A DNA stretch of 64,000 nucleotides from the human T2T-CHM13v2.0 reference genome, Homo sapiens: assembly GCF_009914755.1 (NCBI RefSeq), contig NC_060925.1, one strand, 5' to 3'. The notes under the pieces were generated by a model. It had not been told where the DNA came from and did no database searches. It saw only the letters and a list, made by a program, of their open reading frames with translations. A program made the position numbers and the translations under genes. Shown one piece after another: positions 1 to 13,700 of this stretch. Every line of letters begins with the position of its first letter. Within the stretch, counting starts at the first letter, position 1.

Positions 1-798
1 GAAATCTATTAGGTCCATTTGTTCTATAGTGCAGATTGAATACAATTTTTGTTGTTATTGATTTTCTGTCTGGGAGATCTGTCCGATGCTGAAAGTAGAG
101 TGTTGAAGTCTCCTGCTATTATTGTACTGGGGCCTATCTCTTTAGCTCTAATTTGATTTGGTTTTTATATCTGGATGCTCAAGTGTTGGGTTCAAATACA
201 TTTACATTCATTATATCCTCTTACTGAATTGACCCCTTTTTCATCATATAATGACCATCTCTGTCTCTTCTTATAGTTTTTTCTTTAAATCTATTTTGTC
301 TAATATACACATGGCTACTCCTGCTATTCTTTGGTTTCCATTGGCATGGAATATATTTTTCTATCCCTTTACTTTCAGTCTATTTGTATCTTTATAAGTG
401 AAGTGTGTTTCTTATAGACAACAGATCATTGGGTCATTTTTAAAATTAATTCAGCCACTCTGTCTTTTGATTAGAGACTTAAATCCACTTAAATTTAATG
501 TTATTATTGATAATTAAGAACTTACTCCTGCCATTGTGCTATTTGTTTTTTCATTGTTTTGCAGTCTTCTCTTCCTTGTTTTATTCCTTCTTATCTGCTT
601 TTTGGTGAAAGTGATTTTCTTTGGTGGTCTGCTTTAATTTCATGCTCTTTGTTTTTTGTGTAGCTGTTGTAGATTTTTTGATTTGAGGTTACCATGGGGC
701 TTTCAAATAATATTTTATAGCTGATTATTTTAAACTGATGAAAACTTGACACTGATTGCATAAAAAACACACAAAATAACTCTTTAAAAACTGTATGC

Positions 799-1088
799 TT
801 TTTTTTTTTTTTTTTTTTTTGAGATAGAGTCTTGCTCTGTCACCCAGGCTGGAGTCCAGCAATGCCATCTCGGCTCACTGCAGCCTCCATGATTCTCCTA
901 CCTTAGCCTCTCAAGTAGCTGGGATTACAGGCCTGGGCCACCATGTCCAACTAATTTTTGTATTTTCAGTAGAGACAGGGTTTCGCCATGTTGGCCAGGC
1001 TGGTCTCAAACTCCTGACCTCAAGTGATGCACCTGCCTTGGCCTCCCAAAGTGTTGAGATTACAGGTATGAGCCACTGCACTTGGTCC
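799..1088 (-). mobile_element. AluS inserted in L1
   Basis: Poly-T plus antisense Alu. TSD-like aactgtatgcttt / aactgtatacttt. Confidence 0.93.
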
Positions 1089-1346
1089 ACAACTGTATAC
1101 TTTGACTTTATTCCCTTGCTATTTAACTTTTAGTTCTCTTTATGTCTTATTGTACTGTCTATGTTTTGAAATGTTGTCGTAGTTGTTATTTTTTATTGAG
1201 TCATCATTTAGTCTTTCTACTTAAGAGAAGTTTACACACCGTGAGTACTGTGTTATACTGTTCTGTATTTTTCTATGTGTTTACTATTATCAGCAAGTTG
1301 TATACCTTCAGATGATTTCTTCTTGCTCATTAAAGTCCTTTTCTTG

Positions 1347-1549
1347 GGCTGGGTGCAGTGGCTCACACCTAAAATCCCAGTACTTTGGGAGGCCAAGGCA
1401 GGCATATTGCCTGAGCTCAGGAGTTTTTGATCAGCCTGGGCAACATGATGAAATCCCATCTGTACTTGAGCCTGGGAGGTTGAGGCTGCTGTGAGTCATG
1501 ATGGTGCCATTGCACTCCCCAGCCTGGTAACAGAGCAAGACGTCATCTG

Positions 1550-1578
<29 letters not shown>
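1347..1578 (+). mobile_element. AluJ-like element with internal deletion
   Basis: The left arm is fused directly to cttgagcctgggaggttgaggctgc and is followed by a long poly-A. Flanks aaagtccttt / aaggtccttt. Confidence 0.9.
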
Positions 1579-1580
<2 letters not shown>

Positions 1581-3552
1581 TCCTTTTATTTCAGAAGGAA
1601 GATCTCCCTTTAGCATTTCTTATAAGACAGAGTTGATGAAATCCCTCAGCTTTTGTTTGGCAAGGGTTTTATTTCTTCATGCTTAAAGGATATTTTCACC
1701 AGATATACTATTCTAGGGTAAAAGTTTTCTTTTTTTCCTTCAGCACTTCGTGCCACTCCCTCCTGGCCTTCTTTCCACTGAAAAGACTGCTGCCAGACAT
1801 ATTGGAGCGCCGTTCTATGTTGTTTCTTTTCTCTTGCTACTTTTAGTATCCTTTCTTTATCCTTGACCTTTCAGAGTTTGATTATTAAATGTCTTAAGGT
1901 AGTCTTCTTTGGGTTAAATCAGCTTGGTGTTCTACAACCTTCTTCTACTTGGATATTAATATACTTCTCTAGGTTTGAGAAGTTCTCTGATATTATCCCT
2001 TTAAATAAATTTTCTTACCCCTATGTGTTTCTCTAACTCTTCTTTAAGGCCAATAACTCTTTGATTTGCCATTTTTAAGCTATTTTCAAGATCTTGTAGG
2101 CAGGCTTCATCACTTTTTATTATTTTTTCTTTTGTCCGTGACTATGTATTTTGAAATAGCCTATCTTCAAGCTCACTAATTCCTTCTTCTGCTTAATTTA
2201 ATTCATTTGGTGAGGTCATGTTTTCCTAGTTGGTGTTAATGCTTGCAGATGTTCTTCAGTGTCTGGGCATTGAGGAGTTAGGTATTTATTATAGTCTTCA
2301 CAGTCTGGGCTTATTTGTACCTATCGTTCTTGGGAAGGCTTTCTAGGTATTTGAAGGGACTTGAACCCCAAACTCAATAATGCTGTGCTTTTTCCAGACT
2401 CGTAGAGGTACCACCTTGGTTGTCTTGGATAAAATCTGGAATAATTATCTGGGTTACCAGGAGAGACCCTTGTTCTTTTCGCTTACTTTCTCCAAAACAT
2501 ATGAAGCCTCTCTCTCTGTGCTGAACCACCTGGAACTGGAGGTGTGATGAGGTAAGCACCCCTGTGGCCACCATCACTGGGACTGCATTGTGTCAGACCT
2601 GAAGACAACACAACACTGTCACAAGGCCCTTCCCTTCAGTTCCCCCTAGTCCTGGGCATGTCCAGAGATGCTATCTAGAAGCCAGGAATTGGAGTCAAAA
2701 ACCTTAGCAATTTACTTAATATTCTATTCTACTGCAGCTAAGTTGGCACTCATACCACAATACAAAGTCTTTCCTGCTCTTCCTTCCCTGTTCCACAGGC
2801 AGAGGAGCCTCTCCCTGTGGCTGCCACCAACACCAGTCCATGGTAGTGGGGGGAAGGTGGGGGAGTTTTCCTAGGCCACCACCAATGTTCTCTTAAAGCC
2901 CAAGGGCTCTCCCATCAGCTTATGGTGAGTGCTGCCAGGCCTAGGATTCACCTTTCAGGGCAGTGGGCTCCCTTCTGGCCCAGAGCAGGACCAGAAATGC
3001 TGTCCACAAACCTAGTCCTGCACTCAGGGACCCCAAGAGCCTGCTGTTGCTCTATCCTGCTGTGGCTAAACTGGTACCTAGGGCCCCAGAGCACTTCAGC
3101 TCACAATGGTGACGCTTGCCGAGAAACTCAATTCCAACCACTGGGATGGGCAATCCTCCTCTGGCTAGGGTTTGTCCAAATGCTCCTCCATGCATGGGTG
3201 CTGGCTTAGCCTAGCATGGCTTTATTATCTGCTGTGACAGGGCAATACTGAAGTCAATATAAAGTTCCCAATTTGCTGTGCTCTCCCTCCCCAAAATGCA
3301 GAGATTATCCATACCACACAGCTGCTGCTCGGGATGGGGGATGGGTGGCATTGGTGATTGAGGACCATCTCTCCTGCCCTCCTCAATGCCTCTTTCCACA
3401 ATACAAAGTTAAAACGAGGTACTGTGATTGCTCCCTTGAGTTTTGGTTCTTCTGACAGTGCTTTTCTGTGTGCAGATAGTTGTTATAGTCTGGTGTTCCA
3501 GCAGGGGGAACAAACAATGTAGGCTTTTATTTCAACATTTTGCTCTCTGCTC

Positions 3553-6500
3553 CATATGTTAATTTTGTGTCCTGCAACTTCACTGAATTCATTTATTAGT
3601 TCTAACAGTTTTTTGGAAGTCTTCAAGGTGTTCTTTTCTGAGATCATTTTGTCTGCAGAGACAATTTAATTTCTTTCTTTCTAATTTTGATGCCCTTCAT
3701 TTCTTTCTCTTGCTAAACTGCTCTAGCTAGGACTTACATATGAAGTCAATGGACTACACTGACTAGAAGAGGTGAGAGTAGAGATCATTATCTTCTTCCT
3801 GATCTTAAAGGAAAAGCTTTCAACTTTTTACCAGTGACTGTAATGTTAGCTGTGAGTTTTTCATATATGGTTTTCATTGTGTTGTGGTACACTCCTTCTA
3901 TACCTAATTTGTTAAGGGTTATTATTATTGAAAGATGTTGAATTTTGACAAATACTTTTTCTTCATCTATTGAAATGATCATATGTCTTTTGGCCTTCAT
4001 AATGTTAATGTGGTATATAGCATTTATTGATTTCCATAAGTTGAAGTGTCCTTGCATCTCTGAGATAAATCCAACTTGATCATAGTATATGATTTTCTTA
4101 ATGTGTTGTTGAATTAGGTTTGCTAATATTTTGTTGAGGATTTTTTACATCTATGTTCATCAGAAATACTGGTCTGTAATTTTCATTTCTTGTAGTGTAA
4201 TTGCCTAGATTTCATATCAAGGTAATTCTGGCTTCATAAAATTAGTTTCAAAGTATTCCCTCCTCTTTGATTATCTTGGAAGAGTTTGAGGAGAATTTGT
4301 ATTACCATTCTAAATGTTTGGTAGAATTCAGCAGTGAAACTTTCTGGTCCTGGGCTTTTCTATGATGGGAGTCTTTTTATTAATATTTCAATTTCCTCAC
4401 TTGTGATTGTTCTGTTTAAATTTCCTATTTCTTTATTGTTCAGTCTTGGTAAATTCTATGTTTCTAGGAATTTATTTGTTTCCTCTAGGTTGTCCAGTAT
4501 GTTGGTGTATGATTGTTTGTAGTAGTCTCTTTGATTTTTTGTGCTTCTGTGGTATCAGTTATAATGTCTCCTGATTTTATGTCTTTCTGATTTTATGTCT
4601 TCTGATTTTATTTATGTCTTCTCTATTTTTTCTTAGTCTAAAGGTTTGTTGATTTTGTTAGTCTTTTCAAAAAACTTAGTTTCACTGATCTTTTGCATTG
4701 TTTTACTAGTCTCTGTTTTATTTATTTTTGTTCTGATGTTTATTGTTTCCTTTCTACTAGATTTGGGCTCAGATTTTTTTTTTTTTTCTAATTCCTTGAG
4801 GTACAATGTTTGGCTGTTTATTTGAGATCTGTCTTCTTTTTTGATGTAGGCATTTATTGCTATAAACTTAACTCTTAAAACTGTTTTTGCTACATCTCAT
4901 AAGTTTTGATATGTTGTGTTTCCATTTTCATTTGTTTCTAGATATCTTTTAATTGCCCTTTTAATTTCTTCTTGATCCATTGGTTGTTCATATTATTTAA
5001 TTTCCATATATTTGTGAATGTTTCAAAATTCCTCTGTCATTGACTTCTAGTTTCATACCATGGTGGTTAAAAATATACTTGCTGTGATTTCAATGTCCTA
5101 AAAGTTATTACAACTTTTTTGCAGTTTAACATTATTATCCTGGAGAATATTGCATATGCATTTAAGAAGAATGTGTATTTTACTACTCTAAATGGAATGT
5201 TCTGTATGTGTTTGTTAGGCCCATTTGGTCTAGAGTGTAGAAGCCCAATGTTTCCTTATTGATTTTCTGCCTGGATGATCTATCTATTGTTGAAAGTAGG
5301 ATATTGAAGTCCCCTACTATTATTGTATTGCATTTTATTGCAGTCTATATCTCCCTTCAGATCTATTAATATTTGCTTTATCTATTTAGGTATTCCTATG
5401 ATGGGTGCATATATATACAACTGTTGTTCCTCTTGAGGGATTGACCTCTTTATCATTATATAATGACCTTCTTTGTCTCTTTTTACAGTTTTTGACTTAA
5501 AATCTATTTTATGTAAGTATTGCTACCCCTGCTTTTTAAATTTTCCATTTGCCTGGAATATCTTTTTCTATCTTTTCACTTCTAGCCTATATATGTTTTT
5601 AAACATGAAGTGGGTCTCTTGTAGGCAGCATATAGTTGGTCTTGCTGCTGGTTTTCTTCTTTTAATCTGTTCAGCCACTCTGGTTTTTTATTAGAAAATT
5701 TAATACATTTACATTCAAGGTAATTATTGATAAGTGAGTCCTTACTATTGCCATTTTGTTCATTGTTTTCTTCTTGCTTTGTAGCTCCTTTGTTCTTTTT
5801 TTCCTCTTTTGCTGTCTTCCTTTGTTATTAGATGATTTTTCTCTAGTGGTATGCTTTGACTATTTTGCTATTGTGTATCTATTATGTTTTTGCCTTATGG
5901 TTATGAGGCTTAAATAAAATATCTTGTAGTTGTAACAGTCTCATTTAAGCTCATAGCAACTTTACTTCAATCACATTTAAAAACAATTTATATCTTGTTA
6001 TACTGTTTATTCCTTAACAAATTATTACAGCTATCATTAATTTTAATAGCTTTGTCTTTTAATCTTTATACTAATGACATAAGTGATTTACGCACTTATA
6101 CCTACTTACACCACCACTGCAGTATGAGAATAATCTGAATTTGGTTGTATACTTACTTTGATCCCTAAATTTTATATTTTCATATGTTTTATATTACTAA
6201 ATAGCATGATTTCCTTTCAGTTTGAAGAATTTTCTTAGCATTTCTCATAAGGCATGTCTAGTGGTAATGAACTCTCACAGCTTTTGTTCTCTGGGAAAGT
6301 CCTTACCTCTGTTTCATTTCTAAAAGCCTTGCCTAGAATAGTACTCTTGGATGATGGGATTTTTTTTTTCAGTATTTTGACTATTTCATTCCACTCTCCC
6401 TTGGCCTGCAAGCTTTCTACTGAGGAATCCACAAATTTCCTTTTGGTGTTATCTTGTATGTGACTAGTTGCTTTTCTCTTGCTGCTTTGAAAATTATCTT

Positions 6501-7240
6501 TCGCTTTTACTTTTGAGAGATTATAATGTGTCTCGGTAAAGATGTGTTTATATTTAATTTATTTGGGATTCAATGGGGTTTATGGATCTGGATGTTCCCT
6601 TTCCTCTACAGATTTGGGAAGTTTTCTGTCACTATTTTTAAAAGTAATCTTTCCTCCTCTTTCTGTTTCTGTGCTGTTTGTTCCTCTGACTGGTCATTCA
6701 AATGATCTACCTTTAGTCTCCTTGATTCTTTCTTCAGCTTTATCAAGTCTGCTGTTGAAGTTCTCTATGGAATTTTTTATCTCAGTAATTATGTTATTTT
6801 GCGTCATGATTTATGTTTGGTTGTTTTTATGGTTACTGTCTCTTTGTTGAACTCATTTTTTTCATGTACTATTTCTAATTTTGTTTAGTTATCTATCTTT
6901 ATCCTCTTGTAGCTCACTGAGCTTTTCTAAGATGATTATTTTGAATTTTTTATCAGATAGTTGGTAAATCATTTCCTTCATGTCATTTACTGGCACTTTT
7001 TTTTGTTCCTTGGATAGTATCATGTTTCCCTGATTGTGTGTGATCTTTTTGGCCATGTGTTGATGTCTGCACAATTAAAGAAGTAGTCACTTATTTCAGT
7101 CTTTACAGACTCACTTTGGCAGGGGAAGCTCTTCATCAGTCAGTCTAACCAGAAATTCTAGGATGGCTTTCTAGTGGTCCATGGGTAAATTTGCTGCTAG
7201 AGTCCTCAGGAAGGCTGGCCTGGTGCCTTGGTCAGCAGGT
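3553..7240 (-). mobile_element. Older LINE-1 (L1M-type), ORF2 RT/EN and ORF1 remnants
   Basis: ORF 3788-4057 reads [16 protein letters not shown]...[12 protein letters not shown] (L1 RT). ORFs 6235-6432 and 6889-7074 resemble L1 ORF1. Confidence 0.88.
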
Positions 7241-8611
7241 TCAAGTTTCCATTTTTTTACAGCTTCCTCAGTTCTTCCCAGAGGTCAGTTATGTGGTGTT
7301 CAATTAATATTTGATTAAATGACGTTTTCATTTGTCATTTTTATGTCAACTATCAGTATGCTTCATAATAATTACTCTCAATCTAGACAGTAACTCTCCT
7401 CCAATTAACACAATATCTTGTAAGGATTGCATGCCTTAAATGAGGCTTACAATGGACATTGACAAGTGAGCTAATACAGCAAAATGATAAAGAGTTCAGT
7501 CCTAAAGTCAAACTACCTATGCTTGTAGCCTAACATTGCCGTTTACTTCTTGCATGAACTTGAGCAAGTTTCTTATCTTCTCTACATTTCAGTTGTCTTA
7601 TTTGGCATAGATCTGTTAGGATTAAATAAATTGTTCCACATAAAGTACTTAGAAGAGCTCCTGGTACACTAAGTGCTAGTAAGTATTAGTTATACTTATT
7701 CTTCAGCTCCAGAAGATATGTTAGCAACCTGGAGTTCTTGGCATATTCATTCCCTGTTCCAAATACTGAGATTCCACTTTGAGTAGATATTTTTATCCTG
7801 CCTTAGAGCCTAGCAAAGGTACACACTATTCCCTCTAGCATAACCATATGTGGGTTCTGCTCTACTGTAGTGCTGGACCAGGAAGCAGTGAGTATGGGCC
7901 AGGGCTGCTGACTTGCATGAGTTCAAATGAATATTTCTAAACCAGAACACGTTCCATGACTACATGACATCATTTTGTATTGTTTCCTCTTTCCTGGCTG
8001 CTTCCCTTTTAGTAAAACATTAGTACAAGCTAGAATACTGTAAAATAAGGAAATTTCCAGGGACTTAACCTAGTTTATTTGTTTCATTAGTATTATCCAA
8101 TCAGACCAAAGCCCAGTATAAGTAATTTGAATTAGTAGTAGTACTTCAGAATGTGTTGTGATCAACAGAATTTGTGAAAACAGCTTGGCGATTAGCTTTT
8201 AGAAGTTGGTATCAAAAATTATCTTATTTCTATGTATAGTTCTGTGACTCTACTGTCACAGAGAACTATAGGCAAATTACTTCTTCTTGGATTTGGATTT
8301 TCTCAAATATAATTCTAAAAAATATTATTCATTTCTACTCTACTGTCAGAGATTATCTAAAAGCACACCAAGATTTCCCCCAAAACAACAGGTGAATACA
8401 AGGACATAAAAGCCCTTCCTGATTTTGTAACTTCTCAAATCTATCCTTTTGTGGTTCCATGACAAACTAATTAATAAAGAACTTAGATAACTTTCTGGAA
8501 TCAAAAACAAGGAAAATTGAAAAAAAAACATACTATAGTATGAGGAAAGGCATTGTTTAATATGGATTTACTTTCAAGATAGAATAACTATGGGTAGAAA
8601 TTATTATTTTA

Positions 8612-8965
<354 letters not shown>

Positions 8966-9384
8966 GCAAAAAGAAAATCTCAAATTTTCCTGAGAACCCT
9001 CACAAGGATGTCAGTGATTTTTATAACCTTCACTCAAATCCTCTTGTATCTTTGGTTAATCAGGATTAACACAAATTTGTCCAATCTCAGAAGTGCCTGA
9101 GAATTCTAATATGGATATTTCTGAAAGCATCATTTACCATAAAAAAGAGACTAAGTCTTGCTAGTGAGGGAAAATAATTATATCAAGTGATCTTGTTGCA
9201 TGTCTGTTTTTATGCATACTTATATGCATGAATTTGGAAATAAATCATTTTGTGTACATTACCTCATTCAATCTTCACAAAAATGCCATGCAATAATTAT
9301 GAGAGATATAATTATCCCAACTTTTATGCATGAAAGGACAGAGGAAAAAGAGAAATCGATAGAGATGACAGAGAATGGATGATC

Positions 9385-10100
9385 ACTCATTCATTTATGC
9401 ATTCATTCAACAACCATTTGTAAGTAATTATATGTGCCACATTATAGAAAGATACAGCCATAAAAACATTCTTCTTAAAGCCTATAGCTTAATTGAGGTA
9501 ACTTCCAGTTAAAAACATAAATGTTTTGATATAGATCTCTGTGTTCAAAGAGTATACAGCCCTACTTTAAAGGCTGGGGAATATCTCCCTGGGGAACTCA
9601 CATTTCAGCTGAGACAAGGAATGAGTAGAGTTAGCCAAATGAAGGGAAAGTGGGATGGGTATCCTAGGAGAAGGAGCAGCATGTCCCAGGGACAGAGTTG
9701 AATAAGGACAAACAGCAATTATCAAGAAACCAAAGAATGTTAGCAAGAGGAGTATAAAGTACAAGGTAGAAGATGGCAAGAGATGAATCTAGAGAGTTAG
9801 ACAAATGACCAAAACTATAAATGAGCTTGTAAGTCATTGTGAATAGCTTGGAATTTATTTTAAGGGCACTGGAAAGGCAACTAGAGCAGCATAAAAAACT
9901 AGAACAGTAAAACATTTTGAAGGTCACGGGCCAGGGAGAGTTTTAAGACTTTAAGAGTCAATCAAATTAATCCTTCAAAGAAGCCAAAAAATAAGAAAAC
10001 TGAGAATACGTCATTTGAGACATCATGGATAACCTTAAAATTTCCATTTTGGTGGTAGAGGTGGAACACAAACCCATGAATAACTTAAAGATAAGGAAGT
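9385..10100 (-). mobile_element. L2 remnant
   Basis: Starts with cattcatttatgcattcattcaacaa (reverse of the L2 3' tail), followed by purine-rich L2 antisense sequence. Confidence 0.6.
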
Positions 10101-10861
10101 ATAAGCAAAGGGGTATAGACTACGGTTTGAAAAGCCCACCTCACCTATTGCTGGAGTTGGTAGCAGGATCAAAGAAAAATTTTTCAAGATCGAAAAAATC
10201 TAAACATGTTTGAAGACACAGAAGAAGAACTGGCTATAAAGGCAGAAATTTAAAATATCACAAAGTCATCAAAGATTAAGAAAGTGGGATGCATAGGAAA
10301 AGATAGAACTAAATGCTGAGTTGAGCACGAAGGCTCAGAGAAAGATCTGTATGAATATTTTTAAAGCCCAAGTGCCAAAGCTAATCCTGTTCAGTGTCTC
10401 CTCCCTGGCTGCTTAATCTATAATAACATTCCTGAAAAGCTTCATCCTTTTATCACTGGGTTTGTCTCTAGTGGGACATTTTCATGTTAGAGCCATGATT
10501 AGACTTTTAGTTCCCAAGTTTATCATTCACAGGACAATATCTAGAGTTACAGTTACTTCTATGATGGACACTTTTATAAGAACAAAACAAATCTGGGCTA
10601 CTTATCAACATTTCAAACTTATAAGCATTGTAATTCTCTTTTTCAGATGAGAAACTGAAGTTCAGAAACATGATCTTTGCTGCTTGCCACTGAGAATTTT
10701 TAATCAAGCCACTGTTCTATACTCTATCTAAAGTTAGATATTATAGTCCCAAAGTTGGAAAGATATGCCTGAAACTTCCTAAAATTAGTCAGTGTTCCAG
10801 AAGATGAAAGTGATATAAGTGAGTTGTTAAGTTACATATTCTTGGGCTATAAAAAGACAAC

Positions 10862-12440
10862 TGCTATGGTCTGAATGTGTGCTCCAAAATTCATGTGTTA
10901 GAAACTCAGTTCCCAGTACAACAGTGTTGAGAGGTGGGGCCTTTTAGAGATGCACAGTTCATGAGGGTACTGCTCTCATGCATGGATCAATACCACTATA
11001 AAAAGGGCTTACAAGACTAGGCACAATGGCTCACATCTCTAATCCCAGCATTTTGGGAGGCCATGGCAGTAGGATCACTTGAGACCAGGAGTTCAAGACC
11101 AGCCTGGTCAACACAGCTAGCCCCATCTCTATTTTCTAAAAAGAAAAAAAAAAAAAGGACTTACAGGGGTGAGTGTACTCTCTTCTGCAAGTGAGGATGT
11201 AGCAAGAAGACCCACAACAGATGCCAGCACCTTAATCTTGGGTTTTCCAGATCCCAAGACTATGAGAAATAAATTTCCGTTCTTTATAAGGTACACAGTC
11301 TGTAATATTCTGTCACAGCAGCACAAATGAACTAAGACAGAAATTGGTACCAGGAGCATAAATGAACTAAGACAGCAATTATTTGCTACAACAAATACCT
11401 ACAAACATGGAAACAGCTTTGGAACTTAGTAATGGGTGAAGGCTAGAACAGTTTTGAAATAAATACTGGAAAGAGCCTGTATCGTAAGTGGAGCATTAAC
11501 AGCAATTCTTATGAGGGCTCAGAAGGAAAGAGTTGTAGGTAGAGTCTGAATCTTCTTAGAGATTGCCTAACTGGTCACAAGCAATGTTGGACAGTAAAAG
11601 TCATTCTCATAAAGTCTGAGAACAAAATCAGGAATATCTTATTGGAAACTAGGGAAAAGGTCATCTTTGCTATAAAGTGGCAAAAAACTTAACTGAATTA
11701 TGTCTATGTCCTAGGACTTTATGGATGGCAGAACTTTAGAGCAATGAATACATGGCTATGTTCATCAAAGCCATGAAGACACAGTGGCCTGAAATCTTGG
11801 GGACCCAATTCCCACACCAGTGTGTCCAAGAGGTGAGACAGAGAGTCAAAGAAGACTATTCTCAGTCCTTAAGATTTAGTGTTGCTTACCCTGTTGAGTT
11901 TTGGACTTACCTGGGACAAGTTACCCCTTTCTTCTAGCTTATTTCTACCTCTTGGAAGGAGAATGTCTATTATATTCCTATTCTTCCGTTATATTTTGAA
12001 AACATAACTTGTGTGATTTCACACAGTCGTAGCTGGAGAGAAATTTGATACTGAAATAAGTTAAGACTTTGGGGGCTATTGGGATGGCATGACACTTGAG
12101 AAGGATATCAATTTGGGGAGCCAGGGGCAGAATGCTATGGTCTAAATGTGCCATCAAAAGCCAATGTGTTGGAAACTTAATTCCCAAGGCAACAATGTTG
12201 CAAAGTGGGGCCTTATGAGAAAGTGTTTAAGTCCTGAAGATTTTGCTCTTAGGAGTGAATTTGCTCTCTCTTGCCCTTCTGCCTTCTGCCATGTGAGGCT
12301 GCAGCAAGAAGGCTCATAGCAGGTATCAGAGTCTTGATCTAAGACTTCCTAGAACCCAGATTATGAGAAATACATTTCTGTTCTTTTTCAATTACCCTAC
12401 ATGTGGTATTCTGTTATAGCAACACATATGGACTAAGGCG
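10862..12440 (+). mobile_element. MaLR (MST-type) element: LTR 10862-11339, deleted internal segment, LTR ~12133-12440
   Basis: Two related LTRs, both starting tgctatggtct(g/a)aatgtg and ending gaactaagaca / ggactaaggcg. The internal part starts aaattggtaccaggag and ends ggggagccaggggcagaa (PPT). Confidence 0.85.
11014..11156 (+). mobile_element. Alu monomer (FLAM-like) inside the MST LTR
   Basis: Left-monomer sequence plus A tail. TSD aaaagggcttaca / aaaaggacttaca. Confidence 0.85.
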
Positions 12441-12989
12441 GCAAATAAATATACTCTTCTGCATTCCTGTGAAAAGCAGAAGAGCTCATATGCAATAAAT
12501 GGGTGTGGAAAGGTCTTCACAGCTTGAAAGTAGACAAGTCAAGATTTTTCCTTTCATCACTATGACAAGTAAAATTTTAAGTTCTCAGTCTATAATCTTA
12601 CTCTAGATATTATCAATTTTCCTCCAAAAAGTAGAGACCTTTCACAAGTATTGGCATGGAAAGTAAGCCACTTAATTCTTCTTCCTCATACTACCAACCC
12701 AAGGAAAGAAATGTCACCAATGGGGCTTTTCTTAGACCCTTCAAGAGATTATGGATCCCATCCCAAAGTATTTCAAGACCTCCTGTATCTACAGGTGCAT
12801 AGTCTTCCAGTTCTGCAATAGAAAAGTGAGGACAAAGCTATGTCCTATGCAGGCCATAGGCAAAGGATATTAGAAAGAAAACAGATCTATTTCCAGATGT
12901 TACAAAGCTGGAAAGCAAAATTTATTCAAGAAGACTCACTTAGTATTCTAAATACTATCAAAATATGCTAGCATTGAGCCAAGACCAAT

Positions 12990-13700
12990 AGTGCAAAATT
13001 TAACTGGCACAAAGATAAATTCCCACATCTAAGATAAATAACATGATTGTATGTCAACAAAATAGAAACGACCTCAGAAAATCTGGGTGTTTCAGTTGAC
13101 CACAAGATTAAAATGAACTAGCATAGCTACTAACAACATCTAATTCCACTTTAGGCCTACAAAGAATATTGTTTTTGTTGATGAAACAAATGATCTCCCT
13201 ATATCCTTTATAGATCTACCCCATTCTGAAGCATTTTATTCCAGTTTATGCCCAGCAGGGGCAGGGTAGCCATGATCACATTTATATAGCAATTTACAGT
13301 ATGCAAGTGTTTGACACACTCTCTGATATTAATTTTGACCCCATAACTATCCTCTGAGATAAGTGTTATTACATCCATTTTTATAAGTGGCAATGTAAAA
13401 AGTGAGAGACATTAAGTGTCTTGACCAGGCAACATGGTTAGTAAGTGGCAGAGCTAGGTAATTAACTCTTAGATCTCCATTCTTTCATCTATACATAGAA
13501 CCACTGAGATGTTCAACCTAGGGAGAGAAGACTTAGTGGCTCATATTAATACTTTTCAAACATTGGAAGGCCCATTAGATGAGAAAGGAATTAGAGTTAC
13601 TCTGAATGAGGCAGTGGATAGATGTTAGGAGAACTGGCTATCAGCAAAGGCTGAATGATTGTCCTTAAAGGGGTAGAGAGCTGAAGAATGGGACTGTACA
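12990..13700 (+). mobile_element. CR1/L3 remnant interrupted by MIR (~13280-13500)
   Basis: ctgggtgtttcagttgaccacaagattaaaatgaactagca and gatgttcaacctagggagagaagactt resemble the CR1 ORF2 3' region. A MIR core lies in between. Confidence 0.5.

Larger units (their letters stand above)
1..3552 (-). mobile_element. LINE-1 (old L1PB/L1MA-type): 5' UTR, ORF1 and start of ORF2; continues beyond the window start
   Basis: T-rich antisense L1 endonuclease/ORF1 sequence. A GC-richer 5' UTR lies at ~2400-3550 and ends in caacattttgctc, the reverse of a degenerate gagcaagatggcg L1 start motif. Confidence 0.8.

Noticed and set aside
4570-4620. Triple CTGATTTTATGTCTT repeat
   Set aside because: Ordinary slippage duplication inside an old L1.
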